From the NCBI GenBank assembly GCA_964019425.1, contig OZ025781.1, forward strand, positions 1,240,001 through 1,304,000: a stretch of DNA of 64,000 nucleotides, written 5' to 3'. Below the pieces are notes generated by a model. It did not search any database. It was not told the origin of the DNA and was given only the letters and a program-made list of their open reading frames with translations. Shown piece after piece: positions 1 to 10,929 of this stretch. Within the stretch, counting starts at the first letter, position 1, and each line of letters opens with the position of its first letter. The stretch comes from Flectonema sp. DT1601. Its lineage: Eukaryota. The translations under genes were made by a program, and so were the position numbers.

Positions 1-1905
1 AAACATCCGTAACCTGATCCACTCACGCTCCTCCAGTTGACAATCCACGATTGTCTTCACACCCTTCTTCCTTTCACTATCGAGCCCACTCACTTTTTCT
101 TGGAGCAGAGTTAAGCCCTGCCCTTCCGTTCGTTGGCTTGTGGCATCGTCTACTTCCATTCCGGAATCCTCATGCCCTTCCGATGACCTTAGTTGGTTGA
201 GGCCCTTCACCTGCGCTCGCTCCGCTTCCAGCTCTTGCAAGTAACGTTCTTGCATTACCGTCGATTCTCTCTTCGCCGCCTCCCTCATTTCTCTGGCTTC
301 CGTTCGCTGCAGATTCAGCTGTTGCGTCACTTCCTCCAGTTGCTTCTTCAGTGATCTCAGAAGATCCCTGAGTTCACCCTTCTCGGCTCTTTCCTGTCTC
401 AGCTCCTCCTGTAGCTCCTCAAACCGGGGGTCTTGAGGCGGTTGGTAGTGGGCGTTGCTAGAGGTGGCGTACGGCTGGTGAACGTAATAATGATCCATCC
501 GTTCTTCCTTTTCTTGAAAGATTTGTTGTTGTTGTTGGAGTTGTTGTTGCTGTTGATACAGGCTGGTTCTCTGATTTTCAATTTCCATGTCCATCTCGGT
601 CCTTAGACTCGACAATTCCTTCCTACCTTTTTCAATTTCTTCCTCCTGTTGTCGTTGTAGTTGGAGACGTTGGATTTGGAGGTCCTCTTCCTGTTTTTTG
701 AGTTCCTCACTCCTCTGTTGTTGATGCTGTTTTTCTTGATGGTTTTGTTCGCTGAGTTGGCGTTGCAGGACAAGCAGTTCTTGTTTCCCAACATCATTTT
801 CCTTGGCATGCTCTTCGATGAGCTTCCGTTGTCGTTGCTGCAGTTCTTCTTCCTTGGCTCGTAGGCCTTTCGCTTGCTCCTTGCTTTTTTTCTCGAGCTG
901 CTTCTGTAAGGTAAGCAACTCCAGTTTCCCCTTCTCAAGCTCATCATCGAACTGTTGTTGGAGTAGCTGCTGTTTATCTTCCAGGTTGGCCTGCTGTAGT
1001 TGTAGCTCCTGTTGAATCTGAAGCTGTTCTTGTTGCTGTTGACGGTGGTTTTCCTCGAGTTGGCATCTTCTCCTTCGGAGAGACTCACTCTCGATTGCCT
1101 TCTCCTTCTGGTGTTTCTGTTCCAGTTGTTGTTGCTGTGCAATTATTATTTGCTGTTTCTGACGGATATCTTCCTTGTACTGAAGCAACTCCTGCTGTTG
1201 ACGGTTTAGCAGTTCTTGACTCTGTAGTTGGCTTTCCTGCTGTTGTTGGACTTGATGATCGAGTTGCTGTTGCTGTTGTAGATGTTTCTCCTTCTGCTGT
1301 TGGACTTGATAATTAAGTTGCTGTTGTTGCTGCAGTTGTTTTTCTTGTTGCTGTTGGACTTGATGATCAAGTTGTTGCTGCTGTTGCAGTTGTTTTTCCT
1401 GCTGTTGCTGTTGTTGGCTCTCCAATTCCAGTTGCATCTGGTGTTTTGTTTGGTGGAGCTCGAGTTGCTGCTGCTGGTGTTGATTTTCCAGTAGTTGCTG
1501 ATTCGTCTCCTGTTGACTCCTGTGTGCATCCAGGTCGTGTTCTAGTTGTAATTTTTCTTGGAAGAGGTCAAGCTGTTGCTGCTTGTGCTGTTCATCTAGC
1601 TCAGCCTGCTGGGCTTCTAGAAGTTCCTGCTTGCGAAGCAGTTCCTTCCTTTCCTCCTCCTGTTCTTCCTGCTGCTGCTTGAGCTTACGCTCCTCCGGGT
1701 TCTTCCGCGTTTCACCGCGGTCAACCACCGCGTTTGCCCGGTCCAGCCTTTCCCTGTCATCTTTCTTTGGTCCGTTCCCGTTAGCTGAGTGAGCCAACTT
1801 GTTCATCTCTTTTCTGGAGAGCGACGCGTTGGCTGTACGTGCTCCCCCTTGATCCCTACAAATTTTTGTCGGCCTCAGCCGTCCGAGACCGCCGCGTGGA
1901 GGCAT
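1..1905 (-). CDS. Gln/Glu-rich coiled-coil hypothetical protein, >635 aa, runs off the window edge
   Basis: ATG at 1905 (MPPRGGLGRLRPTK...). Frame spot-checked open to position 1 (...EREWIRLRMF). Absent from the ORF track because its stop lies outside the window. Preceded by a spliced-leader sequence. Confidence 0.85.
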   Translation of the reverse strand, partial: MPPRGGLGRLRPTKICRDQGGARTANASLSRKEMNKLAHSANGNGPKKDDRERLDRANAVVDRGETRKNPEERKLKQQQEEQEEERKELLRKQELLEAQQAELDEQHKQQQLDLFQEKLQLEHDLDAHRSQQETNQQLLENQHQQQQLELHQTKHQMQLELESQQQQQQEKQLQQQQQLDHQVQQQQEKQLQQQQQLNYQVQQQKEKHLQQQQQLDHQVQQQQESQLQSQELLNRQQQELLQYKEDIRQKQQIIIAQQQQLEQKHQKEKAIESESLRRRRCQLEENHRQQQQEQLQIQQELQLQQANLEDKQQLLQQQFDDELEKGKLELLTLQKQLEKKSKEQAKGLRAKEEELQQRQRKLIEEHAKENDVGKQELLVLQRQLSEQNHQEKQHQQQRSEELKKQEEDLQIQRLQLQRQQEEEIEKGRKELSSLRTEMDMEIENQRTSLYQQQQQLQQQQQIFQEKEERMDHYYVHQPYATSSNAHYQPPQDPRFEELQEELRQERAEKGELRDLLRSLKKQLEEVTQQLNLQRTEAREMREAAKRESTVMQERYLQELEAERAQVKGLNQLRSSEGHEDSGMEVDDATSQRTEGQGLTLLQEKVSGLDSERKKGVKTIVDCQLEEREWIRLRMF

Positions 1906-1917
1906 TTTGTGTGGTCC

Positions 1918-1956
1918 CAATAAAGTACAGAAACTGTAGCTTTAGAATCGTTGGTT
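1918..1956 (-). other. Genome-encoded 39-nt spliced leader (mini-exon) sequence
   Basis: Minus strand reads AACCAACGATTCTAAAGCTACAGTTTCTGTACTTTATTG. It has the euglenozoan SL length and conserved 3' half CAGTTTCTGTACTTTATTG. It is followed by GGACCACACAAA-ATG rather than a GT donor. Confidence 0.92.
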
Positions 1957-2074
1957 AAATAAATAAAATTTTTATTTATTTATTTATTTAGTCACATCCC
2001 CCCTGTCTTTCCACTTTATTTTTCTTCATTCTGAGCATTCTTGCCCTTCTTATTTTTTGATAAAGTATATAAGT

Positions 2075-2250
2075 AAAAACAAGCGCAACTGTCCTGAGTC
2101 CGTTGGAGGACTTCCCCGGATAGGAATCTCAAGACACAGTTAATATAAAGCGAAGGATCAGTACAGGGACGGTGGCCAAAGACCACTGGGTTACCTACGA
2201 GCCATGAAGCTCTGCGGATGTCCTCAGAGAAATTAGGAGATGGTTAAGGA
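2075..2250 (-). ncRNA. Candidate structured small RNA divergent from tRNA-Cys (unidentified)
   Basis: GC-richer island with stems that pair better on the minus strand (GTCTTGAG/CTCAGGAC enclosing TTCC/GGAA and GTCC/GGAC hairpins; GAGC/GCTC). Ends in TTTTT and starts ~100 bp upstream of the tRNA. Confidence 0.3.
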
Positions 2251-2348
2251 GTGTGATAAGGGAGAATGATACTAATGAATTAGCAACTACCAATCAGTTA
2301 ACAGTTTGATAAGCCTGTTCAAATAAATAGATTTTTTATTTTTTTAAC

Positions 2349-2420
2349 GGGTACATAGCTCAGTGGTAGAGCGTTCGGCTGCAGTCCGAATGGTCCCTGG
2401 TTCGAACCCGGGTGTGCCCT
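2349..2420 (+). tRNA. tRNA-Cys (GCA)
   Basis: Acceptor GGGTACA/TGTGCCC, U73 discriminator, D arm GCTCAGTGGTAGAGC, anticodon arm TTCGG-CTGCAGT-CCGAA, T arm GGTTCGAACC, followed by an oligo-T terminator. Confidence 0.97.
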
Positions 2421-2491
2421 TTTTTTCCCCCGAAAAAAACATTGGTTATGTTGCAGGGAAACTTGTTAAATGTCAAAAAAACAAAAAAAAA

Positions 2492-4464
2492 TCACACACC
2501 TCCAATGACAGGAAAATTCGCATCAGAAGATGCAGAAGACTGAGAAACATGCGATTTGATTTTGTGCTTGCTTTGTGGCTTCGCGTCACCGGTCTGACAG
2601 AAGTCAGGTTGTGTAAATGTGTCATCTCGAAGAGAGTTTGAAGGGAGAGTGAGTTGCATTTTATCTTTTCGAAGGGAATTTGGTGGAAGGGAGATTCTTT
2701 CTTGCTGATGGTGCACATCATGAAATTCATGTTCATTTTTTATTATCTGTTGAACTGCCAAGTTGCATTCAGGTTGCTGATACTCCTGTACAACACACTT
2801 ATTATTATTGTTATTATTATTTTTATTATTACTGCTTGTCCTTGAAAAATCAGGGCTTGGGGCAGGTTTGTTTATTGGCAGTGGTTCACCAGGTGACAGA
2901 CACTCAGGTAAATTAACACCTCCCTGTGACAAGTATTGTTCTTGCATGGCATCAATGTGTAGTGCAAGCTCACGAGATTCAGAACGTTGGCGAACATTAG
3001 CAAGTTCAGCGACATCACGAAGCCTCTCTTGTTTTTCGCGAAGTTTAGCCTGCAAAGTTGCAATTATGTGATCTCGTTGTTGCATTTCATTAGTGCAAGT
3101 AAGTAGCTTATCGGTTGCCACTTGTGCAACTCTCGTCTGTTCTGCCAGTTTGCCTTGCAGTTCATTCTGAATCTGCCACTGCTGGGCGACTTCTTCTCCA
3201 CTTTTTCTCAAAGCTGCTGCCACATCATGATTACTTTTGTTAACGAGGTCTTGAAGGCGCCTGTTTTCAGCTTGCAGTGCAGCAAGTTGCTCAGAATGGC
3301 TATTTCGTTCAGAAGTAATTTGCTTATGAAGCTCCGATAGTTGTGTGTTAAGAGACGCAACCTGTTCTGCAGGCGAGTTTTGAGGAGCACCCTGATGAGC
3401 CGCTCTCTCAGACTGAAGCTGTTGCTGCAGAACCTTCAACTGAGCTGACAAAGTTGCAACAACAATACTTTCTGATTCTTGTATTGGTGGAGGCGACGCA
3501 GGTTTTGATTCCAGTGGGATTTTCTGAGACACCAGAGACCGCAACTGTGCCACCAACTCATCCTTGTCCACAGGAGAAGGACTTTGTGCATTGTTGCAAC
3601 TTCCTTCATCGCTTTTGTGATTATCACTCTCGGTTGTATGTTGAACCTCAGGTTTCGGGATGCTTACATCTCGAAGAAACTGCTGTTGAGCTCGTTGCAA
3701 TTGTTGCTGAAGAAGTATCAGTTCATCAACCTGTTTTTTTTTATATGAGAGAATATGCTCAAACATCCTTTTTTGACCATGAAATGTAGTTACAAAAAGA
3801 ATCGGCACCTCACTAAATAATTCTCACACTTTGTTTTTGTTTGTGCGCAACCGGGAACGTGGCAGCATAACGTTAACACCCTTACTTTTTTGGCTTGTTC
3901 CCGGTTTGTTTGTGCGCAACGGGAACAAGCCTATAAAGTAAGGGTGTTAACGTTACGCTGCCACATTTCTCTTTCGCTCGTAAAACATGTCTTCGAGATG
4001 AAAAATAAGAATAAGAAAACTCAACTTACCTGCTGCATAGTGACTGGCGGTTGAGATGCCACAGAAGGCACTTCAGGAAATTTTAATTCACCTCCAGGAA
4101 GACCTGTCCATTGTGTACCAGGCTGTTGGTTGGAAGCAGCAGATGAGAAGTTAGACAGCAGGTGATCTCCTGCACGAATTGCATCAGCGTTTTTAATAGC
4201 AGCGAGATTGTTAGAGATTGCAGTTGCGAGAGACTTGTGAATTGACTGTCTCGAAAGTATTTCATTGGATGGCGATGGCGATGTCTGCTGACGCTCTTCC
4301 TGTGCCTGCCTTGCATGCATCTTTGATCTTTCAGTTACCTTCACCTTACTGTTCCCACTTCCAAAATGTGATTTCATCACCTGTTGTTGTTGATGCCTTC
4401 TATCCAATGCGCGCTGCTCTGGACTCGGGAGCCCGCGGTTATGCATCCGCCTTGGGGTAGGCAT
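2492..4464 (-). CDS. Two-exon coiled-coil hypothetical protein (~557 aa); exons 4464-4030 and 3730-2492
   Basis: ORF 4021..4464 ends CAG|GTAAGT, and ORF 2492..3808 contains AAAAAAAAACAG|GTTGAT. A phase-0 splice joins ...TMQQ|VDELILLQQ... in frame. Confidence 0.72.
3731..4029 (-). other. Predicted 299-nt GT-AG cis-intron
   Basis: Donor GTAAGT, acceptor A-run plus CAG, frame preserved. Confidence 0.7.
3854..3969. repeat. Foldback / MITE-like inverted repeat inside the intron
   Basis: GTGGCAGCATAACGTTAACACCCTTACTTT..GGCTTGTTCCCG pairs with CGGGAACAAGCC..AAAGTAAGGGTGTTAACGTTACGCTGCCAC; arms ~45-50 bp, loop ~16 nt. Confidence 0.85.
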
Positions 4465-4759
4465 CTTTGTTATCTGACTAATAAAAAAGTTTATTGAAGG
4501 GTAGGCTCAATTTATTATTGCTTTGATTGGATGATGGTTACTTTAATTTGAACCCATTAAGGAGGTGGCTATTTCGGAACTCACCTTTTCCAGTTGGCTT
4601 TTTTACACCTTAAATAGGTTTAGGATTCTATAAAAACAAACAAAACAAAACAAAAACATGTGTAAATAAAACTTGCGAAGGTTATTTCCTCCTAACACTC
4701 AATATCGGTTATCGCTTTTCAGGTTAGATTTCTCTGACGATAAGAGATGAGAGGTGTAC

Positions 4760-5743
4760 TTATTTCTTCTTAACTTTTGATATCGGACAATCCTTGTCTG
4801 TCACAATTTCATCCTTCTGAGGATATGTCTTCTTTTTAATAGAATGGTTTCTTTTACTTGCTTGAAACGCCGCTCTGACTTGCTGAGTGAGAACTGCCCG
4901 TCCTGCATCGTGCAGAAGCTGTGAAATAAACACCTCTTGTGACTTGGTGTTCGGGAGGTAAAGTTCATTTCCGAGACGTTCCCAAGGCCAGGAACCTAGT
5001 AGGAGAGCTGAAGGAAGACGGCGAGAGAGGTTTTTATTTTGAGCTGGAAAATTATTTTTTTTGAAATGTGGTTTACCAGTTTCAGAGCAGTAGGCAGAAC
5101 GAGGTCCTGTGTACTGTTGACCACAGTCAGGACAAAGGTCGAAAAATTTATGAGGGATCCCAACAACAGTACAAAAAACACCACCAGAAGAAACGTTAAT
5201 ACCATAACCACAAAACTGACACATTGCACTCCTGGAAGAGGAGCCGCATTTTATGGACTCGAATCGGTAGAACTGTTGTGTCAGGTTGGTAAAACACTTT
5301 AATGTTATCTTCTTCTGTTTATCAGAGAGGTATTCTATTGAAGTGCGAGAGACGGACTCAAAGTGGAATAGTAATTTGCTGAGTATAACAAACTCTCCTC
5401 TCAGTCTGACAGCTGTTTCTTCCCTTCTGATGGATCCTCTCCCTGTCTGTTCGAAATCGAGTGTGCTTATCATTGCCTGTTGGACTCTGAGGTCGAGATC
5501 CTTCTTTTGTCGAAGTTTCATTTCTTCTGCCATGACCTTTCCCAAGCCCTTTGTCCATTTTTGATTTCCCATTTTTGGAATTTTAATTACCGCTGGCTGT
5601 TTTACAATTTTCAGCGTTACATTAGAAGGGACACTAACACGCTCATTTCGAAGCATAAACCTCCTGAAGGTGCCTTCGACGGTTTCTATGGTCTTCCGCT
5701 TACCTCTTTCTTCAGACACCATCAACTCAATAACATCCAACAT
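4760..5743 (-). CDS. Hypothetical protein with two zinc-ribbon-like motifs
   Basis: First ATG at 5743 (MLDVIELM...). Motifs CQFCG...FCTVVGIPH and CPDCG...YCSETGKPH. Confidence 0.78.
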   Translation of the reverse strand: MLDVIELMVSEERGKRKTIETVEGTFRRFMLRNERVSVPSNVTLKIVKQPAVIKIPKMGNQKWTKGLGKVMAEEMKLRQKKDLDLRVQQAMISTLDFEQTGRGSIRREETAVRLRGEFVILSKLLFHFESVSRTSIEYLSDKQKKITLKCFTNLTQQFYRFESIKCGSSSRSAMCQFCGYGINVSSGGVFCTVVGIPHKFFDLCPDCGQQYTGPRSAYCSETGKPHFKKNNFPAQNKNLSRRLPSALLLGSWPWERLGNELYLPNTKSQEVFISQLLHDAGRAVLTQQVRAAFQASKRNHSIKKKTYPQKDEIVTDKDCPISKVKKK

Positions 5744-6208
5744 CTTCTTTGATGTGATGAGTAACAACTGCGAGGGATGGAAATGAAGTTTTTTTTTTTC
5801 ATAATAATTTACTAACAAAATAGAATTCTTAAAGTCTGCAGAGGGTTAACTGCACATGTCTAATGCTCACTACTTCGCAGGGTAATGTGGTTTTTTTTTT
5901 TTTTTTTCGGAAAAGACATAATTTAGAAAACTTAATGCGAAGTAATGAAATACTTAAATTTAGCAAAAAAAGATAACTTCACTTTTCTATTACCTACCCC
6001 CAGAAACATTGTATGAAATACTGCATTGCATTGCACCAGTTAAATCAACAGTGATCAGGTTGGTAGATGTAGTCTTTAAATGATCTTAAGGATACCACAA
6101 CAGCAGCAAAGTACTTCACGTAAATCACTGACCATTGACAGCTTGTTCAAATCATAGTCGGCGATGTCTCCTCATGGGATAACCTCCGGTTCTCATTACA
6201 ATTTATTT

Positions 6209-7624
6209 TTACGAATATTTTTTATAATTAACATAATACGATGCAATTGCTCTATTTACTTCCTTGACCATCTGTTCAGGAGGTATCATTAGGTTTGAGT
6301 ACAATCTTTTATTGTTGTTGAAGGCACTGACAGGAAGACCTTCGTCATTCGGATCAGCTGAAGCGACGAATGATAAGTGAGTAACATCAGATCTTCGACA
6401 CATCGTGTGATAGAGACCGAAAAGATCTTTTCCAGCAGGAGAAGCCATTTCCATAACTACAGAACCGCGTTGCATCCAAATACAATTGGCGATACCTCCA
6501 CCATGAGGTCCGATTACGATTTGAGAATCCATCACAATGTTGACTTGTTGTTGGTAGTTGTAGTCCTGAAGATGAATATACTCAGCTGATTTCCCAGTCA
6601 ATTCCTTAGTGATGTTGCTAATAATTCCAAATACTTCTTTTTCATTAAATATCTTCCTCCCTCTAATCACAGAAGCGTGATTGCGAGACACAAATAGTAC
6701 CTTAGGCTGAGAAGGTAGTTCTCGAGGCAATCTCCCAGCAACATGCATTCTCATTTCATTTAGTAATTTGAAATGATCAAAACTTTTACTCGCAACACCA
6801 ACGATTGCGTTGCTGAAACACGTTTTATGAAATAATCTGCTTGCGTTAATAAGAGGTAAGTCAGTAAAACTTTGAAGCAACGTGTCTAACAGATACGGTG
6901 CTTTTGGACCTTCAATTGGTTTGTAGTCAACAAATGATACCAACAGCTTTGTTACATCATTTGCTTGTTTTTTAATCGATTTAAAATCTTGCAGAGTTTG
7001 ATGAAAAGGTCCCAAATTATTTTCCCACAAATGATAAGTACTGTGACCAGACATCCGAAATAATAATATAACAGGGCGATCAACCATTCGAGTACAGACG
7101 TGTTGATCTAATACTTTTATTTTATGTCCTTTATACTTGTGGTACTTCATTAATGGTTCAACAAGACCATCTGCGGGATAAATCGGGTTCGGAAATTTAT
7201 CTCCAGCAGGATTGACAACATGAAAAGAGTTATTTACTATCATCAGATTAGAGAATAAACATTTTCTTTGCATTCCATTTTTCAAACAAGTAACTTTCGT
7301 ATTCCCAACTGTCGAAGGATCAACTTCTCGATAAGGGAGAAATTCTTCTGGATCTTGATGCCAACCACCTTTATTTAATAGTTTTGCAAATGACATGTGT
7401 TTACCCTTTTCTTCTTCCTTTTCTAGTTGTAAACCACTGACAGGAGTGTCAGTGGTTTCTAGTACAGTCGGAGTTGGAGTGCTTACAACTTGCTGTTGAT
7501 ATGAAATAGTTCTTCTAGAGAGTGGCTGGACATCCCTTCCTTTAAGCATCATAGAGAACGTTACCAACGACGACATGACTCCTCCGATTATTAAAGCCAG
7601 TGTGATGTGAAGCCATTTTTTCAT
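6209..7624 (-). CDS. Glycosyltransferase family 61 (DUF563/EOGT-like), type II membrane protein
   Basis: N-terminal TM anchor; VLFVSR...RKIFNEKEV; YQQQVNIVMDSQIVIGPHGGGIANCIWM...VVMEM matches the GT61 HGAGLxN signature. Confidence 0.85.
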   Translation of the reverse strand: MKKWLHITLALIIGGVMSSLVTFSMMLKGRDVQPLSRRTISYQQQVVSTPTPTVLETTDTPVSGLQLEKEEEKGKHMSFAKLLNKGGWHQDPEEFLPYREVDPSTVGNTKVTCLKNGMQRKCLFSNLMIVNNSFHVVNPAGDKFPNPIYPADGLVEPLMKYHKYKGHKIKVLDQHVCTRMVDRPVILLFRMSGHSTYHLWENNLGPFHQTLQDFKSIKKQANDVTKLLVSFVDYKPIEGPKAPYLLDTLLQSFTDLPLINASRLFHKTCFSNAIVGVASKSFDHFKLLNEMRMHVAGRLPRELPSQPKVLFVSRNHASVIRGRKIFNEKEVFGIISNITKELTGKSAEYIHLQDYNYQQQVNIVMDSQIVIGPHGGGIANCIWMQRGSVVMEMASPAGKDLFGLYHTMCRRSDVTHLSFVASADPNDEGLPVSAFNNNKRLYSNLMIPPEQMVKEVNRAIASYYVNYKKYS

Positions 7625-8290
7625 GTGAAAAATACGTTGACACTACAAATTGAGAGGTTAGGTTAATTAAGGATGTCTTAACAAAAATCTAAAAAGAAAA
7701 AACAATAATTACAGAGAGAGAGAGCGCATCATTTTTTTTTTTTTTTTTTTTCCGAAAGTGAATACTGCGAAAAAATAAATAAGTGTTTTTTATTACCATT
7801 CTCCTCCTTCAAGTAAATAATATTGACGGACACTAATTTTCTTTCCAGATGAATTCGTTAATGTATTCAATACAAAGTCTGCCTTACCACAACAAGCCTT
7901 TACTTACCTCAAGACAGACAGTCAATTTTCTAGCCTGAAAATGCATCAAACATAATGTTCATCAATATAAACCTTCTCACCTAGAATCTGTTTATTTCTG
8001 AATACTGTGAAAAAATAGGAATGTGTTTAAAAGAAAAATCAAAATTAAAATGAAGAAAACTCGCCATCAGACCCAAGATGTTACTTCAATCATTAACAGT
8101 ATGCAAAGATGCAAGTCGTTTTTTTTTTTAACATGAAAAAAAACATTTCGATTCTTGAAGATGTAAATTTCACTATACCAAATAATTTCTTGTGCAGCAT
8201 GCCTTGGTCAGAGATAGATAGGAAAAAAAAAAAAAAAAAAAAGGGGAAAATGAAAAATCTTCGAGAAAATCTGAACTCTTCCCTAACTAC

Positions 8291-8462
8291 AAAAATACAG
8301 AATTCTTAGAGAACAACTGTTAACCTGACACACGATATAACGAAAAACAGAATTCTTAGAGAACAACTGCTTACCTGACACACGATAATTGGGTTTAGCC
8401 CTTCCCTTCTTACGAAAAAACAGAATTTCTTAGAGAAACAATTATTTAACTGACACACGATG
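8291..8462. repeat. Three imperfect ~50-bp direct repeats
   Basis: AAAA(T/A)ACAGAATT(T)CTTAGAGAA..CAA....CTGACACACGAT repeated at ~8291, 8343, 8416. Confidence 0.8.
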
Positions 8463-8899
8463 AAATAACGATAATTAGGTTTAACATACGCACATCTTAT
8501 GCTTAAGTTGTCAAAGGGTTTCACATCACATCTTATGTAGCAACACAAAAGACAATTTTCAAGTGGACAGAATTTGAGCACGAAGTTCAACAAGAATGGT
8601 CTAACAGTAAAACCAACTGTTTTGTATAATAATAACAATGAACTTTAGTGACGACTTAACTTAAGAAGATTTAAAGAAGCAAATGTGAAATACTAATTGT
8701 GGTTTTTAGTTTTCACTATTCCTCTCATCGTATTATCTAGAAGGGTCGAGTACTTCAAACTGGCGGCGTACTTTTCCAGGCATTCGAACGATACGTTGCA
8801 CTTAAAATTGGTACAAAAAATAGGCAACTTGATAGGGGGAAAGCAGTCACACAGGAAATAAGAATCACAAATGTTAGCACTTTTGTAATACAAAAATAT

Positions 8900-9586
8900 T
8901 TATTGGGTGAGGAGTCTGTCAAATATTTGAATAAAGTTTTCTGGGTCCTGAGCACCTGAAATGTTACCTCTCATGTCAATCTCTTTTGGTTTGAGGAGGT
9001 GGAAAGTGAAGTGAGGGACGCCATTGATGTTTGAGACTTGATTCTTCGCGTGATACGACTCAACTTCATCGGTGTACGCGCCAGAGTTAAGAAACTTATC
9101 GACGTCGGTAGGGAGACCGGCTTCTGCAGCTGCTGATACTAAGATTGCGTTTTCACCGAGATTTTCACATTCAGCAAAATATTTTCTAAACAAGATTTCC
9201 ATTAAATGATTTTGCTTTCCTGAACCATACTTATCATATGTGTGCCACAATAGACGATGACCCTTCATTGAGTTTCCAATCATTGCTCCTTCCTTCCAGG
9301 TGATATCAATGCCTAATTCCCTACCACGTACTCTTAGCATGTTGTTGGGGTCTTGCAAGAACTTCTTAGCCTGCTCTACCCCAAACTTTCTTTGGTAAGT
9401 CTCTAACTTGTCAACCCCCCCCTCAGGGATACCCTTATTCAAAAAGTACGGATGCCACACAACTTCAAAATCAGCTACACTTTCCCTTTTAGCGATGGCC
9501 TTCTCCAAACATTTCTTACCAACCCAACACCATGGACAGGCTAAGTCCGAAGTAATGTTAACTCGGATGAGTGGTCTGACCGACAT
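8900..9586 (-). CDS. DsbA-family (FrnE-like) thioredoxin-fold oxidoreductase
   Basis: SDLACPWCWVGK active site, VVWHPYFLN, INGVPHF cis-Pro loop, ISGAQDP. Confidence 0.92.
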   Translation of the reverse strand: MSVRPLIRVNITSDLACPWCWVGKKCLEKAIAKRESVADFEVVWHPYFLNKGIPEGGVDKLETYQRKFGVEQAKKFLQDPNNMLRVRGRELGIDITWKEGAMIGNSMKGHRLLWHTYDKYGSGKQNHLMEILFRKYFAECENLGENAILVSAAAEAGLPTDVDKFLNSGAYTDEVESYHAKNQVSNINGVPHFTFHLLKPKEIDMRGNISGAQDPENFIQIFDRLLTQ

Positions 9587-10929
9587 CTGCTGTTTAGTAA
9601 AGATCTGTTTGTTGAATAAAAGATGAAGTGTTTTTACTATTAAATCGTCAACTCAATTAAGGGCCTTCAAACACCACGTGAGATGTAACCTTCAAACATT
9701 ACATGAGAGGTAACCCAAACCTTCTCACTTCTTTATTTTTTTTTGGAAACTGTCCGGCAGTATTTCTATGTCACTCGGACAAGCTTTGAATCGAGAATGG
9801 AAAAGAAAGAAGACAAGTTTAAGATTATAATAGGTGTGATCGGTTGGGGTGAGACGGACGTACATCAAACTACGACTTGTTACTCAACAAATAAGCATCA
9901 ATCTTACTCAGCAGTTAACAATCGGTATTAATGATCATATTCTTCAGCAAAGACTGATAAATTTTCTCGAATAGTTTCGTGTGTTTTCACTGCTGAATTT
10001 GACGTGTTTATGTTAGATTTTCTCACTCTCTCACCTTTTTCTCCAAGGTTTTACTCTTCGATGTGTATGACCCTTTGTTGGATTTCTTGGTTTCTGCTTT
10101 GACAGACTTGGATACCTGCTCTTGAGACTCGACATGACGGTAATAAGTGCAAGATCGCATCAACATAGGAGCATCCACAGACAGTGTTCATCCTTGGGTA
10201 ATTGTGTTAAATGACAAAGTACCCCACTCAATGGAAATAAGACGGATTCATGTTACACAATGGAGTGACTATGATTATTCCAGATACTGAGACCATCAAT
10301 TAAGATGATGACGCTGAATTCTATCAGGTTGGGGATCTTTATATCATTCAAATCAACACTGAAATAGGATCCCAACATTAGCTCTCGCCGTTGTGCAAAC
10401 AGAAATACTAGCTTGATTGCAGTCGATGCCTTTGTGGCGATTGGCTAACTGATGCTCGTGGATGCCCCATTGTGCTCTGATCTTCTAATCTCACATCTCA
10501 CAATCCGCATATGTTACTTGCATTGTCTGCTTGCTTTGTTTGTATTGGAGGAGAGCTGCTAAAGGACCTTCACTCGGTGTCACTTTGGGCATCCACATCT
10601 CGATACCTGCACCGTCCCAGAAGATCGTTCCCTCCCTGCAGCTACCTCTTTCACAAGCAAGCCGAAATATGTATTCAAAGCTGATGTTGTTATTTTCCTT
10701 GTCATGCCACTTGTGTATGTTGAACAGGAGACAGGGGAATGAGGCAGTGGATTACCTTGTTTGCAACAGTTTTACCCATTATCTTGGCCTGATCAACTTC
10801 CATAAACATATGGCTGCCCAGTCTTGGGATATCGCTTCGGACTTCGATCACATCACTTCAAGTCTCTCCTTCTTTGCACAAACAGGTAACAAAAGAGAAA
10901 GCAAGACAAACCTGTTTGTAGTTTGTTGT

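Noticed and set aside
399..1792. Many short Asn/Ser/Leu-rich ORFs in the track
   Set aside because: Shadow frames of the Gln-rich minus-strand gene 1-1905.
1918..1956. SL RNA gene or SLACS/CRE insertion site
   Set aside because: No GT donor or SL intron follows, the exon is unbroken, and the adjacent ORF shows no RT motifs in the window.
9990..10900. Coding-like sequence before the RLE fragment
   Set aside because: No convincing motif or long frame; probably decayed TE but unassignable by eye.
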